The notes under the pieces are model-generated. The model was given only the letters and a program-made list of their open reading frames with translations. It did not search any database and was not told the DNA's origin. This document shows, in pieces, positions 1 to 7,628 of a stretch of 54,493 nt of DNA. The first letter of the stretch is position 1, and every line of letters begins with the position of its first letter. The stretch is from a virus (lineage: Duplodnaviria > Caudoviricetes), in the IMG/VR virus record IMGVR_UViG_3300048996_000054, positions 1 to 54,493 of that record; one strand, 5' to 3'. The position numbers and the translations under genes were made by a program.

Positions 1-323
1 GACAACCCGTACCGTCGAATCGCATAGAGCGAAGCCAATCCCCAGAGCAGTGGGCCGGCCATGTAGATCACGAGCACGTCGATCACAGCTAGATCTGAAA
101 TGCCTCGGGACAAACCAACGACCAAGTAGACGGTGGAGATGAACAGAGCGACCGCATACCAGGCGGCAAATTGACTACGGACAAATCGTCGCCCAATGGC
201 GACAACTCCAATGAGGGCAGCGAATATCAGCGCGCCTGCCGCGAACTCCTTGAAGGCGTTCGGGATCACCACGCAGAGGATCAGCAGCGCGCCATAGATG
301 AGCGTGGTTGTCAGGTGCAGCAC
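1..323 (-). CDS. N-terminal part of a polytopic membrane protein (probable Wzy/O-antigen polymerase-like), runs off the left end
   Basis: Hand translation from GTG at 323: MLHLTTTLIYGALLILCVVIPNAFKEFAAGALIFAALIGVVAIGRRFVRSQFAAWYAVALFISTVYLVVGL...YAIRRYGL. Open to base 1 with several TM helices; TATAAT at 339-334 just upstream. Not in the ORF track. Confidence 0.7.
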   Translation of the reverse strand, partial: MLHLTTTLIYGALLILCVVIPNAFKEFAAGALIFAALIGVVAIGRRFVRSQFAAWYAVALFISTVYLVVGLSRGISDLAVIDVLVIYMAGPLLWGLASLYAIRRYGL

Positions 324-360
324 GACCGGGCGAATTATAGACGTCCGCCCTCAGCCTCTA

Positions 361-660
361 TCAGATCAGGTACCAGGCGATCGCTATGGCCACTGCGGCG
401 GCTATCCAGCCCCACAGTGGAATCACTGTGCCGGCCTCATTCTGCGGGAGTACATAGCAGCCGTCGTTATTCGGCCAACGCCGTTTTATGCGGCCCAACT
501 CTTCCAGTTCCTGCACCTCGTGTTTCATCAACGGCTCGTAGCGGTCGTCAGGCAAGTCTGTCACGTAGAAGAGGCCGCTATGCTTGCCGTCTGCGGCGTA
601 AAGCTCGCGGAACGGCGACTCGGCCAACAGGTGCACAACGCGCTCTTGTTTCGGGCTCAT
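361..660 (-). CDS. hypothetical protein with C-terminal TM helix
   Basis: 99-aa ORF, GGAGG RBS, ends LWGWIAAAVAIAIAWYLI. Confidence 0.6.
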   Translation of the reverse strand: MSPKQERVVHLLAESPFRELYAADGKHSGLFYVTDLPDDRYEPLMKHEVQELEELGRIKRRWPNNDGCYVLPQNEAGTVIPLWGWIAAAVAIAIAWYLI

Positions 661-686
661 TCCAACCTCCTATGCTGTGATGAATT

Positions 687-905
687 TCACACCCGCTCAA
701 AGGTGCCCGACATATCGCTGGCCAGGAGCGTGACCTCTGCATCTTCCGGCTCCACGTCCAGGAAGCGCACCACGGCGTCACCGAGCTCGTAGGTGATGTC
801 GACCAGCTGCCCGGGCTGGCTGGGGTGATCGAAGTAGAGGTGCCGGCCAGCCCGCATGCCGGTGAAGCGCACGAGGGGAGGGAGCCAGGGCTTGTCGGTG
901 CTCAT
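687..905 (-). CDS. hypothetical protein
   Basis: 72-aa ORF in a tightly packed leftward gene run. Confidence 0.55.
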   Translation of the reverse strand: MSTDKPWLPPLVRFTGMRAGRHLYFDHPSQPGQLVDITYELGDAVVRFLDVEPEDAEVTLLASDMSGTFERV

Positions 906-920
906 GGCCGCGTTATACCG

Positions 921-1145
921 CTACGGTGGCTTCACGCTGTCCCGGCCGGCGGATTGGTAGCGGAAATGAGCGGCGGCGCGCTCCTCGTCCGTTTCGGGCA
1001 GCTCCCGGACCTCGCGCGTGCTCAATTCCGGGCGAGCGCCGGGATAGCTTGCGGCATCAGCGGCCGTCATGGGAAAGCGGGTCAGGTACGGGCGAGGGCG
1101 ACCGGGGGCCGTCACCCACCACTTGAAGTATTCGACTTGGCGCAT
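921..1145 (-). CDS. hypothetical phage protein
   Basis: MRQVEYFKWWVT...LSTREVRELPE, 74 aa; start reassigned to ATG 1145. Confidence 0.55.
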   Translation of the reverse strand: MRQVEYFKWWVTAPGRPRPYLTRFPMTAADAASYPGARPELSTREVRELPETDEERAAAHFRYQSAGRDSVKPP

Positions 1146-1158
1146 GCCCCATCTTCCA

Positions 1159-1359
1159 TCATTCCGCTCCTTGAGGGGCCGGAAGAAGGGCGGCAGCATC
1201 GTACTCTTGCTGCCATTTGGCCTGCACCTCCGGTCGGAGCTGATCGAACTTTGGCGCGAAGGTGTTCCCCTGCGCCATGTAGTCGTAGTAGCGCTCCACC
1301 GTGTCCAAGCCATATTCGCGGACGGCCTGCGCGCAAAAAGCGGAGTGTTTGTCACTCAT
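1159..1359 (-). CDS. hypothetical protein
   Basis: 66-aa ORF with AAGGAG RBS. Confidence 0.55.
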   Translation of the reverse strand: MSDKHSAFCAQAVREYGLDTVERYYDYMAQGNTFAPKFDQLRPEVQAKWQQEYDAAALLPAPQGAE

Positions 1360-1395
1360 GTTCCGTCACTCCTTGAGGGGCTAGGGCAGCAGCAG

Positions 1396-1689
1396 TCAAT
1401 ACAAACCTTCGCTGTACAGCTTGGGGCCATTCAGACCTTCGCCGCAGGCACGAGGGCGCGTGATCTGCTGGGCAGCAGTCGCAACGGTAAACGCTTCCTC
1501 GCGCGAAAGGTACACGCCGTGCTGATCGACAAAGCCCTGGTCCTCGTCGTGCCGGTGCGTGAACTTTGCGCCATCACGGCGGGCAGCAATCTGCTTGTGC
1601 ATGTCGGCGCTGTAATGCCGAACGCCTAGCAGCACATCGCCATCGGCCGCCCGAATTGCGGCGCAAACAATCCTTCGTTCCGTCATCAC
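1396..1689 (-). CDS. conserved phage hypothetical protein
   Basis: IVCAAIR...GVRH...QGFVDQHG.YLSREEAF.VA...LYSE pattern typical of a widespread small phage family. Confidence 0.7.
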   Translation of the reverse strand: MMTERRIVCAAIRAADGDVLLGVRHYSADMHKQIAARRDGAKFTHRHDEDQGFVDQHGVYLSREEAFTVATAAQQITRPRACGEGLNGPKLYSEGLY

Positions 1690-1762
1690 ATCTCCATTCC
1701 TCGGCGCTACACCGAGCTTTGCCGTTTCCGGCGATTCTCTCCGAGAGGCACTCGCGGAGACA

Positions 1763-2002
1763 TCAGGTGTGGGGGCGGGGCATCGCCACGTAAACGATGT
1801 CGCTCATGGACCGGGGCGGCTCTATTCCCCGCTCATGGCGCAGGCCGCTGTCGATGGCCTCCCGCAACGAGCGGACTAGGGCACCTGGGCGCAAGCCGAG
1901 CCCGGTGCGGCCGTGTTCGCTGCCATCGTGCAGGAGCAGCCCGCCCGGCTCGTTCGCCATGCGCTCCAGCCAGTCGATCCGTTCGGCGTCTGTGAACTGC
2001 AT
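1763..2002 (-). CDS. hypothetical phage early-type protein
   Basis: DAERIDWLE...LREAID motif; GGAGGTG RBS. Confidence 0.65.
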   Translation of the reverse strand: MQFTDAERIDWLERMANEPGGLLLHDGSEHGRTGLGLRPGALVRSLREAIDSGLRHERGIEPPRSMSDIVYVAMPRPHT

Positions 2003-2045
2003 TTCTCACCTCCAAAATTTTCCGCCGAACGCTCGGCGCGGCCAA

Positions 2046-2278
2046 TGGTAGAAAAGGTGGTACGGCTGACGTAACCTGCTGTCAGACAAGAAGTTGCCGC
2101 TCCCGCCCTCTCCGCCAGTAATTGTCCAAGAGCGTCCCGGTTTGTCCAAGTACATCCATCGGACAACCGGGACCGCCTCTCATAACCTTCGGTAATCGTC
2201 CTGTACAGTCCGTTCCTGTCCAGATCAAGCCAGCAGTCGCGCATGGTATCGGTCGTGGCACAGAGGCCGGAAATACCA
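2046..2278 (+). other. attP site (core about 2101-2117, tRNA-Ser-like 3' end)
   Basis: TCCCGCCCTCTCCGCCA at 2101-2117; TGGTA arm-type repeats at 2046, 2058, 2244 (TGGCA 2256, inverted TACCA 2274); phased GTCC repeats 2124-2220; directly upstream of int. Confidence 0.75.
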
Positions 2279-3432
2279 TGACCCTGACCGTCCGCGCGGT
2301 CGAAACCGCCAAGCCCAAGGACAAGCCCTACAAGCTCGCTGATGAGAAGGGGCTGTACCTTTATGTCTCCAAGGCAGGAGGCAAGAGCTGGCGCGCCAAC
2401 TTCCGGGAGGCAGGGAAGCAACAGACCCGGACCTATGGTCGCTATCCGTCCATGACCCTTGCCGACGCCCGCAAGGCTCACCAGGCGGCCAAGGAAGCGC
2501 CGGAAGCCGTGGCTGAACCCACAGGGCCCACCTTTGAGGCAGTCGCCAAGGAATGGCTGCTCACGCACCTGCCGGGTCTGTCCAACCCCAAGCACAAGAG
2601 CCAGGTTCAGGGGACGCTGGAAAACTACGCCTACAAGCAGCTCGGCCCCAGACCGATCAAGCAAATCGAGCGGGAGGAACTGGTCAAGGCGGTCAAGGCC
2701 ATCGGCGGCGGCAAGGTCGAAACCGCGCACCGGGTCGCCGGCCGAATCACAGCCGTCTTCAACTACGCGCAGGACGCTGGAATCCTGAAGATCCACCCGG
2801 CGCACAACCTCACCCGGGTACTGGAGGCACGCAAGGTCAAGAGGCCGATGGCGAGTGTCCAGCCGGAAGAGGCCGGCGAACTGCTGCGGGCGGTCCAAGG
2901 CTACACAGACACTGTGACTCGGCTCGGCCTGCTGCTGCTTGCTCACACCTTCGTCAGAGTGGGCGAGCTGCGACTGATGCGTTGGTCCGAACTGAAAGAG
3001 GGCGGGGCGGTCTGGGTCGTTCCAGAAGAACGCATGAAGCTCAGGCTCCCGCATGTCGTGCCGCTGTCCAAGCCCGCACAGACCATCCTGGCGACCCTGC
3101 GCGAGATGACGGACGCTGAGCTTGTGCTCGACTCCCCTGCCAACCCGGGACACCCGCTGTCCGAGAACACGCTGCTTTTCGCCCTGTACCGGTTGGGATA
3201 CAGAGGCAAGATGACAGCTCACGGATTCCGCGCGCTGGCGTCTACCGTTCTCAATGAGCAGTCCGGGTTCCCGCATGATGTGATCGAGCGTCAGCTAGCC
3301 CACAAGGAAACGGACGCAGTGCGGGCGGCATACAACCGCGCCGAGTACCTGCCGCAGCGCCGGGAACTCATGGCGTGGTGGTCGACATGGCTTGAAGGTG
3401 CCGCTGCAGGTCAGAAACCCGCCAGCGAGTAG
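2278..3432 (+). CDS. int: tyrosine integrase, P4-like, with N-terminal arm-binding domain
   Basis: AKPKDKPYKLADEKGLYL...GRYP arm domain; R.GEL, HGFR, LAH, YNRAEY catalytic motifs; start at ATG 2278. Confidence 0.95.
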   Translation: MTLTVRAVETAKPKDKPYKLADEKGLYLYVSKAGGKSWRANFREAGKQQTRTYGRYPSMTLADARKAHQAAKEAPEAVAEPTGPTFEAVAKEWLLTHLPGLSNPKHKSQVQGTLENYAYKQLGPRPIKQIEREELVKAVKAIGGGKVETAHRVAGRITAVFNYAQDAGILKIHPAHNLTRVLEARKVKRPMASVQPEEAGELLRAVQGYTDTVTRLGLLLLAHTFVRVGELRLMRWSELKEGGAVWVVPEERMKLRLPHVVPLSKPAQTILATLREMTDAELVLDSPANPGHPLSENTLLFALYRLGYRGKMTAHGFRALASTVLNEQSGFPHDVIERQLAHKETDAVRAAYNRAEYLPQRRELMAWWSTWLEGAAAGQKPASE

Positions 3433-3553
3433 CCCCGCCGATCTTCACAGGCTTGGGCAGTATCCCCTTCCTCACGTTCTCCCGGAAGGCTGAGCGTTTC
3501 AGCCCGAACAGCTCTGCTGCCTCAACGTCTTTCAGGGCTAGTTTCTCACTCAT
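3368..3553 (-). CDS. xis: AlpA-family excisionase / recombination directionality factor
   Basis: EAAELFGL.RS...GILPKPVKIGGATRWRVSDL winged-helix motif; convergent with int. Confidence 0.85.
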   Translation of the reverse strand: MSEKLALKDVEAAELFGLKRSAFRENVRKGILPKPVKIGGATRWRVSDLQRHLQAMSTTTP

Positions 3554-3675
3554 CGCGTTTCCTTCGGTGCTCGGAACTCAACCAAGGCAGATGAATTGCA
3601 GGAGGAGACGCCTAATACCAAGGAATGAATCCCTGTCAGGCGCTGTATCTCTTCTGCGGGAAGGGTGTCGGTCAT
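3550..3675 (-). CDS. 41-aa ORF, possible truncated excisionase remnant
   Basis: MTDTLPAEEIQRLTGIHSLV...KETR; ATGA-coupled to both neighbours. Confidence 0.35.
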   Translation of the reverse strand: MTDTLPAEEIQRLTGIHSLVLGVSSCNSSALVEFRAPKETR

Positions 3676-4274
3676 GCCTTACCGCCCGATTCAGCAGTAG
3701 GAGGGCGTACCCCTTCATGGCCGCTGTCGCTCAAGCCAGGGATGTGCACGTCGCCGCTGACCGTCAACAGCTTGCGTTGCGCGTCGGTCAGGTGGATTTT
3801 TTCGACCCTCGATCCGCTGTGCGCGTTGAATCGCGCCACCAGCTCGCGGGCCAGCAGTTCGTGCTCAGCGCGGGTCCGGTTCGAGTCATCGAAGCCCATC
3901 CAGCCGACGACTTCGTTCCCATCCGCGTCAAGGATGGCGGTGGTGTTGTTCGCGCTGAACACCTTGAGCGGGCCGCGCGGTAGTTTTGCCTTAGCCACGG
4001 CCACCCCCTTGCTGCTGGCTTCTTCCACCATTCCCGGGGCAGGGGCGCTCTCGGCCGCCATCGCGGCGTCGATGGCTTCCCCCACGTCACAGAACTCACC
4101 CACCTCGTCGGGGACCCGGCGCTCGACGCCGTGCACCTCCAGGATCACGCCGGACGGCACTTGATCGGTGTAGCACTCCCCGATGTAGGCATCCTTGGTG
4201 AGCCAGCGATAGCGTGCGGCGTCGCGTTGCAGTTTGGCCAACTTGTCGGCGGGGACGGTTACGGCGTTACTCAT
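3672..4274 (-). CDS. Ead/Ea22-like early protein
   Basis: RDAARYRWL...EAIDAAM motif; start ATG 4274. Confidence 0.6.
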   Translation of the reverse strand: MSNAVTVPADKLAKLQRDAARYRWLTKDAYIGECYTDQVPSGVILEVHGVERRVPDEVGEFCDVGEAIDAAMAAESAPAPGMVEEASSKGVAVAKAKLPRGPLKVFSANNTTAILDADGNEVVGWMGFDDSNRTRAEHELLARELVARFNAHSGSRVEKIHLTDAQRKLLTVSGDVHIPGLSDSGHEGVRPPTAESGGKA

Positions 4275-4869
4275 GCTGTTGTGCTCCATCAGGTCTTGCC
4301 GCACCCTCGGCGCTGGCCTCTCTCGCTTCTGTCGGCTCCTTGGGGTGGGTGGCGGCGAGCTCGGCCCTTGCCTTGTCGACCCACTCTTTGCGTGCCACCA
4401 TCGGCGCGTAGTGCCACGGCAGCGGGGTGGTGCCGCGATAAGTCGGGTGCTCCGCATACAGCATGCGAGCCCGGTCCACCACATCGGCATCCTCGTAGAT
4501 CGGCCGACATTGGCCGTCGCAATACTGCGTCATGATGCAGCGGCACTCGTCGTATCCGACCAGCTTCGGCTCTCTCGCTTCTACAGGGGGAGGTGCAGAG
4601 GTGGCGAGGGCGGCGAGCTTCGCGATGGATTCGGGCAAGGTGCGCCAGCCGTCACGTTGGACGCCTGCGGCTGCCAGCGCGTCCCACGCCTCGTTTACGG
4701 CCGCAGCCTCGGGGCTCTCGCCTTCGTAGAACAGGTGCTTTCCGGTCTCGCGGTCGTGCCACACGCCGTGATCCATGAAAAATCGGCCCTGGTCTGCCGG
4801 TACTGCGGCAGGCACCGTTCCTTCGTTGAGGGTGGTGGTGTCAGAAGCCATCGAATTCGGGGAGTGCAT
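4267..4869 (-). CDS. hypothetical protein
   Basis: 200-aa ORF, GGAGG RBS, overlaps neighbours. Confidence 0.55.
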   Translation of the reverse strand: MHSPNSMASDTTTLNEGTVPAAVPADQGRFFMDHGVWHDRETGKHLFYEGESPEAAAVNEAWDALAAAGVQRDGWRTLPESIAKLAALATSAPPPVEAREPKLVGYDECRCIMTQYCDGQCRPIYEDADVVDRARMLYAEHPTYRGTTPLPWHYAPMVARKEWVDKARAELAATHPKEPTEAREASAEGAARPDGAQQHE

Positions 4870-6277
4870 CGAATTCCTCCTTGCTCAGATAAACGTCCTC
4901 GGTGCGGTAGTCGTCGGGCCGCTCCGAATCGACCATGGCGGCAACGTCACCAGGAGGGACGACGCAGGTAGTGCCGTCATGGCTCACGCGCACGTAGCGC
5001 ACGCGAGGGCGTCCGAAGGCGTCGAACATCACGCCGCGCGGCGGGCACTTGATCGTCGGGTTCTCCCTCTCATTCGACGGGGAGGGGGAGGCGGCACCGG
5101 GAGGTGCAGGAAGCGGCATCCAGTGGGATGGCGTCCAGCTTGCCCCGAACAACTTCCAGCCTTCGTGGTGGTAGTGCTGTCCCATCTTGATCCGCCAGTC
5201 GCCGGGGCGGTCAAACTCGCACGCGACCAAAACGAACTCGCTGCGGTCACGCGCTGGCAAAGTGGGCGGCAGGCGGTCACTGCAGTTAATCCAATTCCCC
5301 ATTGCGCTGGATGCGGGCCACGGATCAACGAGCCCGACGATTCCCCGCATTGCGGTTGCTGCATCAATGCAACCGGGAGGCAGATAGCTATTCACGATCT
5401 CCAGCACGGCGAGCAAGCGCTCCTCGAACACGGGTTCGCTGGAGGCGGCAGACTCCCCTGTCTTTCCTGCATCGGTGAGCGGGCGATTCTTGGCTACAAC
5501 GGCGTCGACCTGTTCATCGGTCATGCCATGACAAGTGCACAGCTCAACAGCTTTGCCCTTGCGCCAGCACGCGCCGCCGGGCTTGTTGGTGTAGCGACAC
5601 GCACGCACTGCTCCAGCGCGGTTTTCTTCGCTGCCCTGTGCCTGGGGTGGGGTGGGGTGGATGCCAGTGGCGAGCAGGTTTTTGACGATTGCTGCCGCAG
5701 CAGGGATGTCGCTGTCTTCCAGTGCATCCAGCACCGCCTGCAAAGCACCGTAGCGCGCCATACCGGGGAGGTCTGCCACGATGCGCCGTTCAGGCTGTGC
5801 TGGGGTGGGTGCGCCCTGAGTGGCGGCGGCAGCAACCAAATCCGCTGCAGCGTGGCGGGCGTCACGGTGGCCCCGGCAGTAGTGGGTGTAGGCGTCGGTT
5901 CCGTCGTAAGGCTTGCACGGCAGGTTCATGATCTGCTGGCGCAATTCGTCCACGCTGGGTGCGGGCTGAGTGGCGGTGGCAAATAGCGGGACAGGGCTGC
6001 CGTTCGGTGGCAGTAGTGCGAAAGGAATGGCGTCGTAACTGTGGAACAGCGATCCGCAGCAAAGCCATGCCGCGGGCTCGCTCAGTTCTGCGCTTCCCTG
6101 ATCGGGGGTGGCGCGGCGATTCCATGCGGCAATGGCTTCGGCTTTCGTCTGACCTGCGGTAAACGGCTGGGCTTCGCACCCAGGGTTGTTGCAGTGGACG
6201 GAACGCTCGTTGAGTACCTCCGGCTCTCCGCCACAAAACGGGCAGGGATCGGGGGTGGCGCGGGGGGATTCGGTCAT
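4841..6277 (-). CDS. mosaic protein: Lar-like restriction-alleviation Zn domain plus DUF551-like domain
   Basis: PCPFCGG...C..C...EAIAAWNRR at the N-terminus; WINCSDRLP...PSHWMPLPAPP near the C-terminus; start ATG 6277. Confidence 0.7.
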   Translation of the reverse strand: MTESPRATPDPCPFCGGEPEVLNERSVHCNNPGCEAQPFTAGQTKAEAIAAWNRRATPDQGSAELSEPAAWLCCGSLFHSYDAIPFALLPPNGSPVPLFATATQPAPSVDELRQQIMNLPCKPYDGTDAYTHYCRGHRDARHAAADLVAAAATQGAPTPAQPERRIVADLPGMARYGALQAVLDALEDSDIPAAAAIVKNLLATGIHPTPPQAQGSEENRAGAVRACRYTNKPGGACWRKGKAVELCTCHGMTDEQVDAVVAKNRPLTDAGKTGESAASSEPVFEERLLAVLEIVNSYLPPGCIDAATAMRGIVGLVDPWPASSAMGNWINCSDRLPPTLPARDRSEFVLVACEFDRPGDWRIKMGQHYHHEGWKLFGASWTPSHWMPLPAPPGAASPSPSNERENPTIKCPPRGVMFDAFGRPRVRYVRVSHDGTTCVVPPGDVAAMVDSERPDDYRTEDVYLSKEEFDALPEFDGF

Positions 6278-7251
6278 GATGTTGCTCCAGGAAATCCGTC
6301 GTGCGTGACCCCATCGAGCAGGCGGCCGGCGACCTTCTTGCCGACGCGGCCGATGCACTGCTGGTCATCGATCACGCCGTCCAGGGAGTCCAAGTAACCG
6401 GGTCTGCCAACGTCGCGCCATTCGCCGTCGACGTGTTCGAGCGTCCGAAAGCGCGTTTGCTCCGGTGGATCGTCCACGTCAGAGTCGCTGAATTGCGACC
6501 AAGGGAGCCACTCGCCCCACTGCTTGAACAGGAACGGCACGCTGGCGGCGGCGCATTGATCGCGCAGGCTGCGGGCCCAGTCCGGGTGCATCGGCCTGGC
6601 GCCGGGACCGCTCTCTCCGCCGACGATGACCCAGTGAAGTTTCTTGACCAGCGGCCTTTCACCGAAGAGCGGGCCGCCCCCCATCGGGAGACGTATGTAC
6701 CGAGTGATCAAATCCACCGGTCCCAGCAGCGGCTCCATGCTCAGGAACCGCACGCGCGCCGGCGTCGCCAGCAGCTTCGGGATGTCGCGGTCGGCCTCTT
6801 CCTGGTTGACCACGGTGGCGCCCAGCCAGACGTTTGACGGGAGAGGCTTGTGCATGCAGCCGATGGCACCCATCGCCACCTGCGACATGGACCGCGCGTT
6901 GCCGATCCGCTTCGTCAACAGCAGCCAGTCGAGCTGCGGCGTCGCCTCGATGAGGCGGAACAGGTCCACACGCCACTCGGGCGGTACCTGGTTGTCGAAC
7001 ACATCGGCCAGCGAGGCGCAGAAGACCCGGAATCGTCGGCCTTCGCGCTCGGCCTGCGCGTTCCACTTCAGCGGCAGGCGCCAGTTCGCATCGGTGGTGC
7101 GCCGGCGCGGCGAGTCACCCCACTGCACCGTGCCGGATCGCTTCGCCCAGCCCTCGGCGTAGCAGTGGTCGCAGCCCGGGGACACCTTCGTGCAGCCGGT
7201 CCATGGGTTGAACGTGTGGTCCGTCCATTCAATCTTGCTGTTCTCAGCCAT
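6274..7251 (-). CDS. DUF5131 / phage Gp37-Gp68 radical-SAM-like protein
   Basis: SKIEWTDHTFNPWTGCTKVSPGCDHCYA, FLSMEPLLG, WVIVGGESG, FKQWG. Confidence 0.92.
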   Translation of the reverse strand: MAENSKIEWTDHTFNPWTGCTKVSPGCDHCYAEGWAKRSGTVQWGDSPRRRTTDANWRLPLKWNAQAEREGRRFRVFCASLADVFDNQVPPEWRVDLFRLIEATPQLDWLLLTKRIGNARSMSQVAMGAIGCMHKPLPSNVWLGATVVNQEEADRDIPKLLATPARVRFLSMEPLLGPVDLITRYIRLPMGGGPLFGERPLVKKLHWVIVGGESGPGARPMHPDWARSLRDQCAAASVPFLFKQWGEWLPWSQFSDSDVDDPPEQTRFRTLEHVDGEWRDVGRPGYLDSLDGVIDDQQCIGRVGKKVAGRLLDGVTHDGFPGATS

Positions 7252-7302
7252 GGGCCACCTCCGCCTGCAGCTGGTGCTGCGCCTCGATGTGGGAGGGCAT
7301 GT

Positions 7303-7614
7303 TCAGGCCTCTGCCTTCTGGCCGGCCGGCGCCGCCTCCGCCTCCGCCGCGTACTTCGTGAACGGCAGCGCCTTGATGTGCTGACCGAAGTAGCCGCCGA
7401 TGGACTCGGCGGCCTTGAAGGCCTCGAAGGTCGCCGGCTCCACCTGGTGGTAGTGGTAAATGGCGCCGGTGCCGCGGGTGAACGTCACGGCCAGTTCCTT
7501 GGTCGCCGGGTCGTAGCCGATGGCCTTCACCTGGCTGGAGTTGACGGCGAGCAGCTCGATCGGCGGGCGGGCTTCGTTGGCGAAGGCCTGGGGCGGGGTG
7601 TAGGTTTTGGGCAT
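7303..7614 (-). CDS. KTSC domain protein
   Basis: VNSSQVKAIGYDPATKELAVTF...YHYHQV...F.AAESIGGYF...IK. Confidence 0.9.
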   Translation of the reverse strand: MPKTYTPPQAFANEARPPIELLAVNSSQVKAIGYDPATKELAVTFTRGTGAIYHYHQVEPATFEAFKAAESIGGYFGQHIKALPFTKYAAEAEAAPAGQKAEA

Positions 7615-7628
7615 GGTGGGCTCCGGGG

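Noticed and set aside
2040-2117. Complete tRNA gene
   Set aside because: Only the 3' 17 nt look tRNA-like. There is no TTCGA T-loop or cloverleaf upstream, so it is treated as the att core.
2122-2277. 52-aa N-terminal extension of the integrase in the ORF track
   Set aside because: It overlaps attP repeats; the family-typical sequence starts at ATG 2278.
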